NCBI GenBank assembly: GCA_963762145.1
Contig: CAVXJS010000017.1
Coordinates: 1-64,000 of the forward strand
Direction of reading: 5' to 3'
DNA: 64,000 bases
DNA from: an uncultured Candidatus Rokubacteria bacterium
GTDB taxonomy: Bacteria > Methylomirabilota > Methylomirabilia > Rokubacteriales > CSP1-6
The notes under the pieces are model-generated. The model saw only the letters and a list, made by a program, of their open reading frames with translations, was not told the origin of the DNA and ran no database searches. Made by a program: the position numbers and the translations under genes. Shown here one piece after another: positions 9,653 through 18,537 of this stretch; the first letter of the stretch is position 1, and each line of letters starts with the position of its first letter.

Positions 9653-11242
9653 TCACGGGCGGTGGAGCTCGGGACGGACCCAGATCGCATAGCCCCCGCT
9701 GATCGGATCATCCACGCGGCGGTAGCCTCGAGTCTCCGCATAGTCGATGAACGGTTGAACGAACTCTTTCCGGCGATTGAAGAAGACCGCGTCCGGTGGC
9801 CGCCGGACGAGTAGTTCTCCGAGCTCGGCAGCCGAGATCATCCGGTACCGCTCGCGATCTTTCGGAGGAAGGAAGGCCGCGGTCCTCCATGCGAAGACGC
9901 CGGTGGCGAACTCCGGATATACCCTGAGCCCGCCCTCGATGGGATCTATGGGCGTCGTGGTCAGCACCAGTGCGCCTGGCGCCGTCGCCGCCTTGATCCG
10001 CTCTCCGACTGCATGCTCCCGCATCGGCGTCCAGTGATCGGGGATCAACAGGGAGGGGAGCCGCTGGTAGTTGACCGGCAGGTCAGTAGCTGCGGCGATG
10101 ATCAGCGCGGCTCCGGTCAGCCGAGTCCACCGGGCCGTCGGCGGCACTTGGGCCGTCGCGAAGACGTAGACGACCACCAAGAACATGAAGGGTAGCAGCG
10201 GGTATGCGTGTTGAAGCTGTGGTGGCGTCGGCGCCAGGACGCCGGGGACGAGCATTATCCAGACTCCCAATGTCAGCAGGACCGCGTCGCGGTGCGGCCC
10301 GCTCCAGGCCCTGGCTCGCCACGACGCAAAGGTCGCGCAGTACAGGAAGAGGATCAACAACGCCGCGTCCGCGGGTTGATCGACGAGCTTGCGGAGGAAG
10401 AATACGGCCTTTTTCGGCAGCGTGACATGAGCGAGAAGGGCGCTGAGCTGCGGATAGCCCAGGTTGCCGAAGATGAACTGGGAGGGTACCGTCACCAGCG
10501 GGACGATGGCCGGCATCAGACCGACGGTCATGCCGAGGGCGCAGAGCAGGAGGCCGCCCAGCCGCTGCCCTCGCCGAACCGGCGACCGGCTTAGCCAGAA
10601 CGACAGCAAGAAGGGCACCGCCACTGGCGCGAAGCTGAGCCGGATACCAATGGCGCAGCCCAGCAGTAGCCCGCTGAGGGCGAGAGAGGCTGGGCGCGAC
10701 CCGCTGAGCCCCCGCAGATGCAACAGGAGCGCGGCCAGTGCGCAGAGCGTCGAAGTCTCGTGGTTCCAGGCGAGGCCGTCCGTGTACCTGAAGAGCCTGC
10801 TGGAGACCAGCACGAGCAGGAGCCCACCCGCGATGAGCCATCGTCCGAGCGGATCCATCCGGCCCAGCAGACGCCAAGCGGTAGCGAAGAGCAGGACCGC
10901 GATGGCGGTCCCACAAAGCACCTGGATGATCCGCGCGACGAGGAGCTTGTACGGTGTCCACCAGGTCAGCGCCGCGTAAAGATACACCTGGTTGGGCATG
11001 TGGAAGTACGGGTAGTCGCGGTACGGAAGTAAGCCATCCTGGGTCAAGAGCACGGCCGGGGTCACGAACTGGTGCTCATCGTGGTTGAACGATCTGGTCA
11101 TCGCCCGGGAGAAGGACAGGACGAACACGATCGCGGTGATGCCCACGAACACCAGCCAACGGGTCCTGCGCCCCACTGAACCGTCAAGGGCCATCATCCG
11201 GCGCTCCGCTCGTTCGGGTGGAGCAGGCTCGGCTACGGCCAT
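9653..11242 (-). CDS. Multi-pass membrane glycosyltransferase (GT-C fold, ArnT/PMT-like)
   Basis: N-terminal TM followed by NHDE acidic motif, LPYRDYPYFHMP, about 10 hydrophobic segments, soluble C-terminal domain. Confidence 0.7.
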   Translation of the reverse strand: MAVAEPAPPERAERRMMALDGSVGRRTRWLVFVGITAIVFVLSFSRAMTRSFNHDEHQFVTPAVLLTQDGLLPYRDYPYFHMPNQVYLYAALTWWTPYKLLVARIIQVLCGTAIAVLLFATAWRLLGRMDPLGRWLIAGGLLLVLVSSRLFRYTDGLAWNHETSTLCALAALLLHLRGLSGSRPASLALSGLLLGCAIGIRLSFAPVAVPFLLSFWLSRSPVRRGQRLGGLLLCALGMTVGLMPAIVPLVTVPSQFIFGNLGYPQLSALLAHVTLPKKAVFFLRKLVDQPADAALLILFLYCATFASWRARAWSGPHRDAVLLTLGVWIMLVPGVLAPTPPQLQHAYPLLPFMFLVVVYVFATAQVPPTARWTRLTGAALIIAAATDLPVNYQRLPSLLIPDHWTPMREHAVGERIKAATAPGALVLTTTPIDPIEGGLRVYPEFATGVFAWRTAAFLPPKDRERYRMISAAELGELLVRRPPDAVFFNRRKEFVQPFIDYAETRGYRRVDDPISGGYAIWVRPELHRP

Positions 11243-11315
11243 CGCCCAGGCTCCCGGCCAGCCGCGGCGACGCCGACTCGCTAAGCAGGTACTAAGGGAA
11301 TCCCCCTTTTACGGC

Positions 11316-11335
11316 CATAGGACCTTGGTCGTACT
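11316..11335 (-). promoter_or_regulatory. Palindromic box (CATAGGACCTTGGTCGTACT) upstream of the glycosyltransferase
   Basis: 17 nt identical to the 48325 box; minus-strand TAGTAC starts 31.5 bp from its centre. Confidence 0.65.
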
Positions 11336-11338
11336 CGG

Positions 11339-14317
11339 CTACGTGTCCCCCCGGACCTTCCGCTGCATGGCATCGAGGTAGGCGTCGAGCTCCGCGTCGC
11401 TGCCGAAGACCTGCTCGGGTGGCAGTGCTTTGACGATGTCCAGCACCTTGCGCACCACGGGCTGGGGGTTGACGATCACGACCCGCCCGCCGCGCGCCCC
11501 GAGCGCCTTGTGCGCCCGCACGAGGCACCGGATGCCGGCGCTGCTGAGGTATTCCAGCCCGTCCAGCCCGAACGCGATCGACGTGACGGCCGACGAGTCG
11601 AGCAGCGGGGCGAGGGCTGTCTCGAGCTGCGGCGCGGTGAGGGTGTCGAGGCGTCCCCGGAGCATCACCCGACGCCCGCCGGGTTCCTGGTCAGTGATCT
11701 CGATGGCCAGCGCCATAGTGCCTCCTCCAGTGAGCGGTTCCTGCACCTGGGTGAACGCCTCACGCGGGGCCGCGGCCGGCCGGTGGTAGTGCACGGTGAG
11801 GATGTTGGTCGGTCCCTCGCGGACGTACTCGCAACGGTCCGCGAGCTGCCGGACCAGGAAGATGCCGAGCCCGCCGACGCGGCGGGTGGCGATGGGTGCC
11901 GCTACGTCCGGCGCCGGCTGCTCGAGGGGATTGAACGGCGGCCCGGCGTCCTCGAATCGGATCTGGATCTCCTCGGGGAACAGCCGGATCTCGACGCCTG
12001 CCTCGCCGCCCGGCCGGCCGCCGTACGCGTGCGTCGCGATGTTCGCCAGCACCTCCTCGGTCACCAGCACGCAGTCGTGAACGGTCGGCGCGGGCACGTC
12101 GCGGGCGAGCAGGATCCCCTCGATCCGCCGCAGCGCGCGAGCCACGTCTTCCGGTGCGCCCGAGACCGACAGCCGCCACCACTCGGGGCCGGCGCCGCCC
12201 GCCACGACGTCGGCCGGCCGGTACTGCACCGCGAGCACCGCCAGGTCGTCGCGGGGGCCTCCGCCGGCGGCGAACCGCTCGACGGCGTCCACCAGCCGAT
12301 CCGGCAGGGAGCGGAGGGCGTCCGCCGGCGTATCAGCCACGACACGCCGGAGCCGCTCCAAGCCGAAGGCCTCGCCGGCCACGTCGAACGCCTCGGTGAC
12401 GCCGTCCGTGCAGAGGACGAGGGCGTCGCCGGGAGCGAAGCGCCCTGTCCACACGGGATAGGGGCCGTTCGCCTCGAGGCCGAGGGCGGGTCCGCCCTCC
12501 GGGGCCAGCACCACGGTCGTGCCGTCGGCTCGCCGCAGGATCGGCGGCTCGTGGCCGGCGCTGGCGTACCGGACCTCCCCGGTCTCGCCGTCGAGCTGGC
12601 CGCACGCCGCCGTGACGAACATGCAGGCGTCGTTCCCCTGCGAGAGACGGAGGTCCAGCTCTCGGAGAATCCCATCGGGTCCGGTCTCGCCCGGGCCGAT
12701 CGCGCGGAAGAGCGCGGTCACGCGGGCCATCAGGAGCGCGGCCGGCACGCCCTTGTCGGCCACGTCGGCGATGGCGAAGACGAGCCGGCGCTCGTCCGAG
12801 ACGAAGAAGTCGTAGAGATCGCCCCCGACCTCGCGAGCCGGCCGGAGCGTGGCGGCGATCGCGTAGCGCCCGTCCAGGGAGCCGTCGACAGCCACGGGCA
12901 GCATCGACTGCTGGATCTGCCGCGCGATCTCCAGCTCCCGGGCCTGCCGCTGCTCTTCGGCGAGCCGGCCCGCGCGCTCTGCGATGTGGCCCTGGAGCTG
13001 GACGCGCATCCGGTCGGTGACATCGCTCAGGGCCGCGACCTCGCGGGGGTTCTGGATGCGCGGGAGCGCGGTGTCGAGGTCTCCCCGACCGATGCGCGCC
13101 ACCGACCCGGCCAGCGACTCGAGCGGGCGCGAGAGCCGACCGGCGACGAGCCACACGAGGCCGAGGGTCAGTCCGAGCACGCCGAGGCCGATGAGGAGCT
13201 GCCGCTCGACCAGACCCCTGGCGCCGGCGACCAGCTCGTCGCGCGGGGCGGCCAGGAGCAGGACCAGCGGCTCCCCGGCGCCCGCCTCGATGGGGCGGCG
13301 GGCGCCGATCCAGGCCCGGTCCTCGATCCGGAGTGGGATGCTCCGCGACGCCGGAATGGCTGCGGCGAAGAGCGAGCCGAGGATGGGATCACCGAGGTCG
13401 TCGAGCCGGACGAGAGCCGGATCACCCGATGGGTCGGCGCGGACCAGCCGACCGGCCTCGGGGAGGGCGACCACAAAACCCAGCCGATCGACGAGGGCGA
13501 TTCGCGCGGACGGGGTGACCCGGGATCGGGCGAGGTGACGGGAGAGCTCCTGAAGCGTGATGTCCACGCCCACCACGCTCCGGCCGTCCACGCTCCGCTG
13601 GGCAACCGTCGTCCCCACCTCGCGCGTGGTGAAGAAGACGTAGGGCTTGGTCCGCACGGTCGCGGCGGTCGGAAGGGCCTGGGCATACCACCCCCGCGTC
13701 CGGGGATCGTAGACGTAGTCCGGGCGGAGCTCGTCGCGGAGCACGGCCAGCTGCCGGTCAAGGTAGCGGAACCGGCCCGGGATCGCGCCCTCGCCGGCGG
13801 TGCGGCTCTGGACGAGGAAGACGGCCTCCGGCGGCACGCTGCCGATCTGCGGAGGGGCGTCTCGCAGCGAGCGGACCAGGAGGAACTCCCCGCTGGCGAA
13901 GCCGACGTAGATGGCGGAGATCTCGGGGTGCTCGTTCAGGGCGGTGGTGAGCAGGGGAAGGGAGTCCAGGCGGGCGGCGGGGCTGGCGGTCTCCGCGAGC
14001 CGGTGGCGCGAGAGGAGCTGGACGAGGAGCTGGGCGGGGGCGAGCAGGTCCCGGACTTGGCCGGCCGTGCGCTCCGCTACGTGGAGGAACTCCTCGTCGC
14101 CGGCCGACAGCAGCAGTCCCGAGGTGACCACGTACCCGTAGCCAACGCTGGCGAGCCCCGCGGCGGCCAGGAGCGCGACGAACAGCCCCGCGACAAGCAC
14201 GCGGAGCGAGAGCCCCCGGCGCCCCGGGCGCCCCGGTGCGAGGGGCACCGCTCGGATCACGCCCCGGGTATCCACGATCCGAGCCGATCCTAGCACGAAG
14301 CGTACGGGGAACCGCAT
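11339..14317 (-). CDS. Cache/HAMP-SpoIIE phosphatase-HATPase (RsbW-like)-STAS (RsbV-like) fusion
   Basis: TM-periplasmic-TM-HAMP; ELEIARQIQQSMLP, VGGDLYD, IADVADKG, TDGVTEA, RDD; EEVLANIATHA, DAGPPFNP, GGLGIFLV; EYLSSAGIR; start may be GTG 14260. Confidence 0.88.
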   Translation of the reverse strand: MRFPVRFVLGSARIVDTRGVIRAVPLAPGRPGRRGLSLRVLVAGLFVALLAAAGLASVGYGYVVTSGLLLSAGDEEFLHVAERTAGQVRDLLAPAQLLVQLLSRHRLAETASPAARLDSLPLLTTALNEHPEISAIYVGFASGEFLLVRSLRDAPPQIGSVPPEAVFLVQSRTAGEGAIPGRFRYLDRQLAVLRDELRPDYVYDPRTRGWYAQALPTAATVRTKPYVFFTTREVGTTVAQRSVDGRSVVGVDITLQELSRHLARSRVTPSARIALVDRLGFVVALPEAGRLVRADPSGDPALVRLDDLGDPILGSLFAAAIPASRSIPLRIEDRAWIGARRPIEAGAGEPLVLLLAAPRDELVAGARGLVERQLLIGLGVLGLTLGLVWLVAGRLSRPLESLAGSVARIGRGDLDTALPRIQNPREVAALSDVTDRMRVQLQGHIAERAGRLAEEQRQARELEIARQIQQSMLPVAVDGSLDGRYAIAATLRPAREVGGDLYDFFVSDERRLVFAIADVADKGVPAALLMARVTALFRAIGPGETGPDGILRELDLRLSQGNDACMFVTAACGQLDGETGEVRYASAGHEPPILRRADGTTVVLAPEGGPALGLEANGPYPVWTGRFAPGDALVLCTDGVTEAFDVAGEAFGLERLRRVVADTPADALRSLPDRLVDAVERFAAGGGPRDDLAVLAVQYRPADVVAGGAGPEWWRLSVSGAPEDVARALRRIEGILLARDVPAPTVHDCVLVTEEVLANIATHAYGGRPGGEAGVEIRLFPEEIQIRFEDAGPPFNPLEQPAPDVAAPIATRRVGGLGIFLVRQLADRCEYVREGPTNILTVHYHRPAAAPREAFTQVQEPLTGGGTMALAIEITDQEPGGRRVMLRGRLDTLTAPQLETALAPLLDSSAVTSIAFGLDGLEYLSSAGIRCLVRAHKALGARGGRVVIVNPQPVVRKVLDIVKALPPEQVFGSDAELDAYLDAMQRKVRGDT

Positions 14318-14364
14318 CCCGGGCGGCCCGCGGGCCGGGCGCCACGCCGTCTCGCGTCGCCGGC

Positions 14365-14393
14365 TTGTGACGGTGCGGGCCTCGTGCTAGCGT
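14365..14393 (+). promoter_or_regulatory. Sigma70-like promoter for the STAS gene
   Basis: TTGTGA-N17-TAGCGT with extended TG, 16 nt before the ATG. Confidence 0.45.
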
Positions 14394-14409
14394 GCCCCTC
14401 GCCGGGACC

Positions 14410-14775
14410 ATGGGGCTCGAGATCGAGGTCACCGAGGTGGGGAACGGGGGCTGCCGCGTCGCCCTCCGTGGGCGCCTCGACTCCCAGACCGCGCCGATTC
14501 TCGACGAGCGTCTCGAGCTCGTCCTGCAGTCCGCGACCGCGCTCCTCTTCGACATGGCTGGCCTCGAGTACATCAGCAGCGCGGGGATCCGCGTCCTCGT
14601 CAAGGCGCGGAAAGCGCTGGAGGCCAGAGGCGGCGGGGTGGCGGTCGCCCATCTGCAGCCGCCGGTCCGGCGGGTCATCGACATCCTGAAGGCCGTGCCG
14701 TCCATCGACATCTTCGCCGACGATGCCCAGATGGACGCGTTCATCGAGCGGATGCAGCGCCAGGCGCAGCCCTGA
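14410..14775 (+). CDS. STAS-domain anti-sigma factor antagonist (RsbV/SpoIIAA-like)
   Basis: LRGRLD, EYISSAGIRVL phospho-Ser motif; paralog of the STAS domain in the divergent fusion. Confidence 0.9.
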   Translation: MGLEIEVTEVGNGGCRVALRGRLDSQTAPILDERLELVLQSATALLFDMAGLEYISSAGIRVLVKARKALEARGGGVAVAHLQPPVRRVIDILKAVPSIDIFADDAQMDAFIERMQRQAQP

Positions 14776-14837
14776 CCTCGAAATCCTGGTCGTCGCAAAG
14801 CGGCCGGGCGCGCAGGACAGGCAGAACGCCGCTCGTG

Positions 14838-15171
14838 TTACGCGATGGACAGGCGCTCGACGACCGCGGCCGGAATCGGCGTCGACTTGATCTTGTCCGG
14901 GTCGCTCGGGTCGCGTCCGACCCACACGCGAGTCTCGAAGCCCTCGGCCGCAAGCTTGCCGTCCTCGAACAGGTGGTGCTCGATCGAGAAGCTCGACCGG
15001 TAGCGGGTCGGGATGTGAAAGCGCGCGCGCGTATCGACCATCGGATAGCCGAGGCAGTCGTAGGCCTTCACGAACTGATACTTGGTCATGCCGAGCGCGC
15101 GCTCGAACAGTGCTGTGGTGCTGGAATCAAAAAATGGCGAAGTAGCGCGGGTAGTACACGATGCCCGCCAT
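14838..15171 (-). pseudogene. 4-hydroxybenzoyl-CoA thioesterase family protein (5' truncated, frameshifted)
   Basis: AGIVYYPRYF, then a frame change in a T run to DSSTTALFERALGMTK...AEGFETRVW. Confidence 0.7.
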
Positions 15172-15186
15172 GTTGGTTGCCACCGA

Positions 15187-16542
15187 CTACTCGATCAGGC
15201 CGGCCAGCCGCCACCAGGCCACCTCCAGCAGCAGGACGAGCACGGTGAGCACGGTGAGCGGCAGACCGTATCTGAGTGTCTCTTGGCTGCCGTACCGGCC
15301 GGTGGGGCCGGCCCCCAGCAGGATGGTGACGTGCTGGAAGGGCAGCAGGTAGTGCATTTGCACCGCGGTGTACACGAGCAGGGCCGGAACAAGCGGGTCC
15401 CAGCCCACGCCCGTCGCATAGGCGACCACCGACGGCGTCACGATCGACATGACCGCCAGCGCGCTGCCCAGGAACATGTGACTGCCGATGGTGGCACCGC
15501 CGATCAGCAGGGCGAAAACGTACGGATCGGCGGGCGGCACGATGGGAAGCAGGAGCCACGCGATCCACTGAGCCATTCCGGTCTCGGCGCCCACGGTACC
15601 GATGGCCAGGGCACCCACGACGAACATGAGGACCGGCCAGTTGATCCCGGTGGTGAAGTCCGGGGGATGCAGGACATCGCCCACTACGGGTAGGGCGAGG
15701 CCAACCGCCACCCCGATGGCCACCCAGGCGGGCGCGGGGTGATGCCATGCCTCGGTCATCCAGAGCAGGAGCGCCAGGACGACCCACGCGAGGGTCCGCT
15801 TCTCGACCGTGGACAGGGGGCCCAGCCGCAGCACGCCCGGCACTGCCATGTAACCCGCCCACCCCAGCCACGACAGCTCCGCGCCGGCGAAGGCGATGCT
15901 GGCCGTGTTGAGCGCGGAATCGCCGGTCAGCAGGATCATGGACGTCGGCGTGGCGCTGGCAAACGTGGCGAAGCCCAGGGCGCGGGCGTCGGCCGGCTCC
16001 ATCCGCGAGCCTTCGATGACGGCCGTGACCATGGCCATGATCAGCAGCGTGCGCGGGAACGGGTGCGGAATGATGAAGCTCAGGACGAAGCCGAGCACAT
16101 AGACCAGCGTCACCGTGCTGGCGTACGAGCGTGCGTAGCGGGACATGAGGCCGTTGGCTACCCGCGTCGCCAGGCCCGACTTGGTCACCGCCGCGGCGAT
16201 GAGGAAGGCCCCAACCATCAGCCACATCAGGGGGCTCGTCCACAGCGCGAACACGGTGGGCGGCGGGGCCAGTCCGAGCACGATGTAGCCGAGACACAAG
16301 AGGAGGGTCGTATAGGCCGGCGCCATCACTCCGAACACCCACCAGAGCACCGTGAACAGGGTCACGGCCAGGGCCCGCTGGCCGGCCACGGGGAGGCCGG
16401 CCGGGGTCGGCATGAGCCAGATGCCGGCCAGCAGCGCCAGGGACACCAGAATGGCGAAGCGCTTCCGGCGTTCCAGCGCAGGCGGAGCGGCCTGAGCGGC
16501 GCAGGACACCGCCTGGGCGACGGACGCGACCAATGGGTTCAT
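15187..16542 (-). CDS. SLC13/DASS family anion permease
   Basis: PTPAGL, WLMVGAFLIAAAVTKSGLATR, INWPVL, YLLPFQH; many TMs; central region appears shortened. Confidence 0.8.
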   Translation of the reverse strand: MNPLVASVAQAVSCAAQAAPPALERRKRFAILVSLALLAGIWLMPTPAGLPVAGQRALAVTLFTVLWWVFGVMAPAYTTLLLCLGYIVLGLAPPPTVFALWTSPLMWLMVGAFLIAAAVTKSGLATRVANGLMSRYARSYASTVTLVYVLGFVLSFIIPHPFPRTLLIMAMVTAVIEGSRMEPADARALGFATFASATPTSMILLTGDSALNTASIAFAGAELSWLGWAGYMAVPGVLRLGPLSTVEKRTLAWVVLALLLWMTEAWHHPAPAWVAIGVAVGLALPVVGDVLHPPDFTTGINWPVLMFVVGALAIGTVGAETGMAQWIAWLLLPIVPPADPYVFALLIGGATIGSHMFLGSALAVMSIVTPSVVAYATGVGWDPLVPALLVYTAVQMHYLLPFQHVTILLGAGPTGRYGSQETLRYGLPLTVLTVLVLLLEVAWWRLAGLIE

Positions 16543-17034
16543 TTCGAGACGCTCCGGCGATGCGGATTGGCCAGGGCATCCATTCGCAGCACGCACTGTG
16601 CCGGGAGTGGGGCATCGCCGTGGCGCTGTGTTGTCGCGGGTTTGAACATGGGGGCTAGCCTCGAGCCCTGCGACTACCGCTGACAGCCTGCGACATTTCG
16701 GTGCCCGCCGGGAGCGCGAGGCCGGCGGGCCCCGAGATTCACAGGTTCTGCGGCTTGAATTTCCTTCGACGATTGATCGTTGGGCCGGCGACCATGAAGG
16801 CGCCCTTGGCCGAGGTAGTGGACCGTCTGAGGTGACTTCACGGAGGCAGCGACGTGCGCCTCCTGTCACCCGAGCTATTACCGATACCGACAACCTCGTC
16901 GATCAGATCGACTGTCGGCACATTCATGACGCACTCCTTGCTTCGTCGGAGCATCTCGCACAATGGGGTGGTTCAGCATGGGCTTGCAGTAGGCCGAACG
17001 ATGGAGAAAGTAGGGAGCAGCACGACGGATGAAC

Positions 17035-17109
17035 TATAATTGCTCGTGGTTCCCGTAACCAGCGAAAGCCCCCGAGAACACACAGGTCTCGGGGGCTTCG
17101 TGTTTCTGC
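17035..17109 (+). promoter_or_regulatory. TATAAT followed by a structured leader (12-bp terminator-like hairpin) upstream of glucose dehydrogenase
   Basis: TATAAT 17035-17040; AAGCCCCCGAGA-N9-TCTCGGGGGCTT 17066-17098 followed by CGTGTTTCT. Confidence 0.45.
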
Positions 17110-17125
17110 TCAAGGAGCTGAGCCA

Positions 17126-18175
17126 ATGAAGGCGATCACGGTAGAGCCGAAGAAGCCCGGGACCGCACGCTTCGAGGACGTCCCAGAACCTGAGGCGCGC
17201 GACGGCTCGATACTCGTGGAAGCCATCGCGGTCGGGGTTTGCGGGACCGACGTCGAGATCGTGGAAGGCAAGTACGGTTGGGCTCCTCCCGGCAGGACGC
17301 GTTTGGTGCTGGGCCACGAATCCCTGGGCCGCGTGGTGGACCCGGGTTCTACCGGCGGGCTCAAGAAGGACGATCTGGTGGTGGGGATCGTCCGCCGTCC
17401 AGACCCCGTCCCGTGCCCGAACTGTGCGGTGGGCGAGTGGGACATGTGCCGCAACGGCCAGTACACCGAACGTGGCATCAAGCAGATCGACGGGTTTATG
17501 TCCGAGCGCTGGCGGATCGAACCCGAGTACGTGATGAAGGTGGACAGTTCGCTGGGGCTCCTCGGAGTCCTGCTGGAGCCCACAACCGTAGTCACCAAGG
17601 CCTGGGAACAGATCAGCCTGGTCGGCCAGCGCGCCTTCTGGGAGCCGCGTACGGTGCTGGTAACCGGGGCTGGGCCGATCGGTCTTCTCGCTGCCCTTCT
17701 CGGGAAGCAGCGCGGTCTGGACATTCACGTCCTCGATCGCGCTGATTCTGGACCCAAGCCGGAGCTCGTCCGATCCCTCGGCGCAAGCTACCACACGGGG
17801 GTCGTTGCCGATGTCGGATTCGAGCCGGACGTCATCGTCGAATGCACGGGCGTCGGGCAGGTGATTGCCGACTCGATCCGATCCATCGGGGCGGGCGGCA
17901 TCGTGTGTCTCACCGGCGTTGGCACGGGGGGCCACACTATCGGGCCCGCCACTGCCGACGTGGCGGCGGGGGCGGTGTTGCGGAACAACGTCGTTGTCGG
18001 CAGCGTCAATGCCAACAAGCGGCACTGGTACAAGGCCGGAGAAGCCCTAGCCCGTGCAGACCGTGCCTGGCTGGGTCATCTCGTGACGCGCCGTGAGCGA
18101 CCGAACGACTTCGCGCGCGCCTTGCAGCGGACGCCGGAAGACATCAAGGTGGTCGTCCAGTTCGCCGACGTGTAG
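17126..18175 (+). CDS. Zn-dependent glucose 1-dehydrogenase (MDR family)
   Basis: GVCGTD, LGHESLG, CPNC...C, LLEP, GAGPIG, GSVNAN; AAGGAG RBS. Confidence 0.9.
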   Translation: MKAITVEPKKPGTARFEDVPEPEARDGSILVEAIAVGVCGTDVEIVEGKYGWAPPGRTRLVLGHESLGRVVDPGSTGGLKKDDLVVGIVRRPDPVPCPNCAVGEWDMCRNGQYTERGIKQIDGFMSERWRIEPEYVMKVDSSLGLLGVLLEPTTVVTKAWEQISLVGQRAFWEPRTVLVTGAGPIGLLAALLGKQRGLDIHVLDRADSGPKPELVRSLGASYHTGVVADVGFEPDVIVECTGVGQVIADSIRSIGAGGIVCLTGVGTGGHTIGPATADVAAGAVLRNNVVVGSVNANKRHWYKAGEALARADRAWLGHLVTRRERPNDFARALQRTPEDIKVVVQFADV

Positions 18176-18187
18176 GACGAATCCGCG

Positions 18188-18496
18188 CTATTTCGGTCCG
18201 AACACATCGATGGCGATACGGCCGGCATTGACCGCGCAGGGCCAGCCGGCATAGAACGCCACGTGGGTGATCAGCCCCTTCAGCTCGGTCTCCGTCACCC
18301 CATTGTCGAGCGCCCTCTGCATGTGGCCCCGCATCTCGTCGGTCCGGTAGAGCGCGGCCAGCATTGCCACCGTGATCAGGCTACGGTCACGCTTGCTGAG
18401 ATCGGGATGCTCCCATACGTCGCCGAACAGCACGTCGTCGCGGAGCTGCCCCAGCTTGGGAACGAACTCGTACACGGTTGGCTTCTTCTGAGGCAT
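18188..18496 (-). CDS. Carboxymuconolactone decarboxylase family protein
   Basis: LFGDVW...LSKRDRSLIT...RALDNG...AFYAGWP. Confidence 0.88.
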   Translation of the reverse strand: MPQKKPTVYEFVPKLGQLRDDVLFGDVWEHPDLSKRDRSLITVAMLAALYRTDEMRGHMQRALDNGVTETELKGLITHVAFYAGWPCAVNAGRIAIDVFGPK

Positions 18497-18537
18497 GGAT
18501 CGATCTCCTCGTGCATGGGTTGTGTTGACGAGAGCTG

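Noticed and set aside
9586-11400. An intact transposon or IS between the direct repeats
   Set aside because: No transposase, integrase or terminal inverted repeats are present; reported only as a repeat-flanked cassette.
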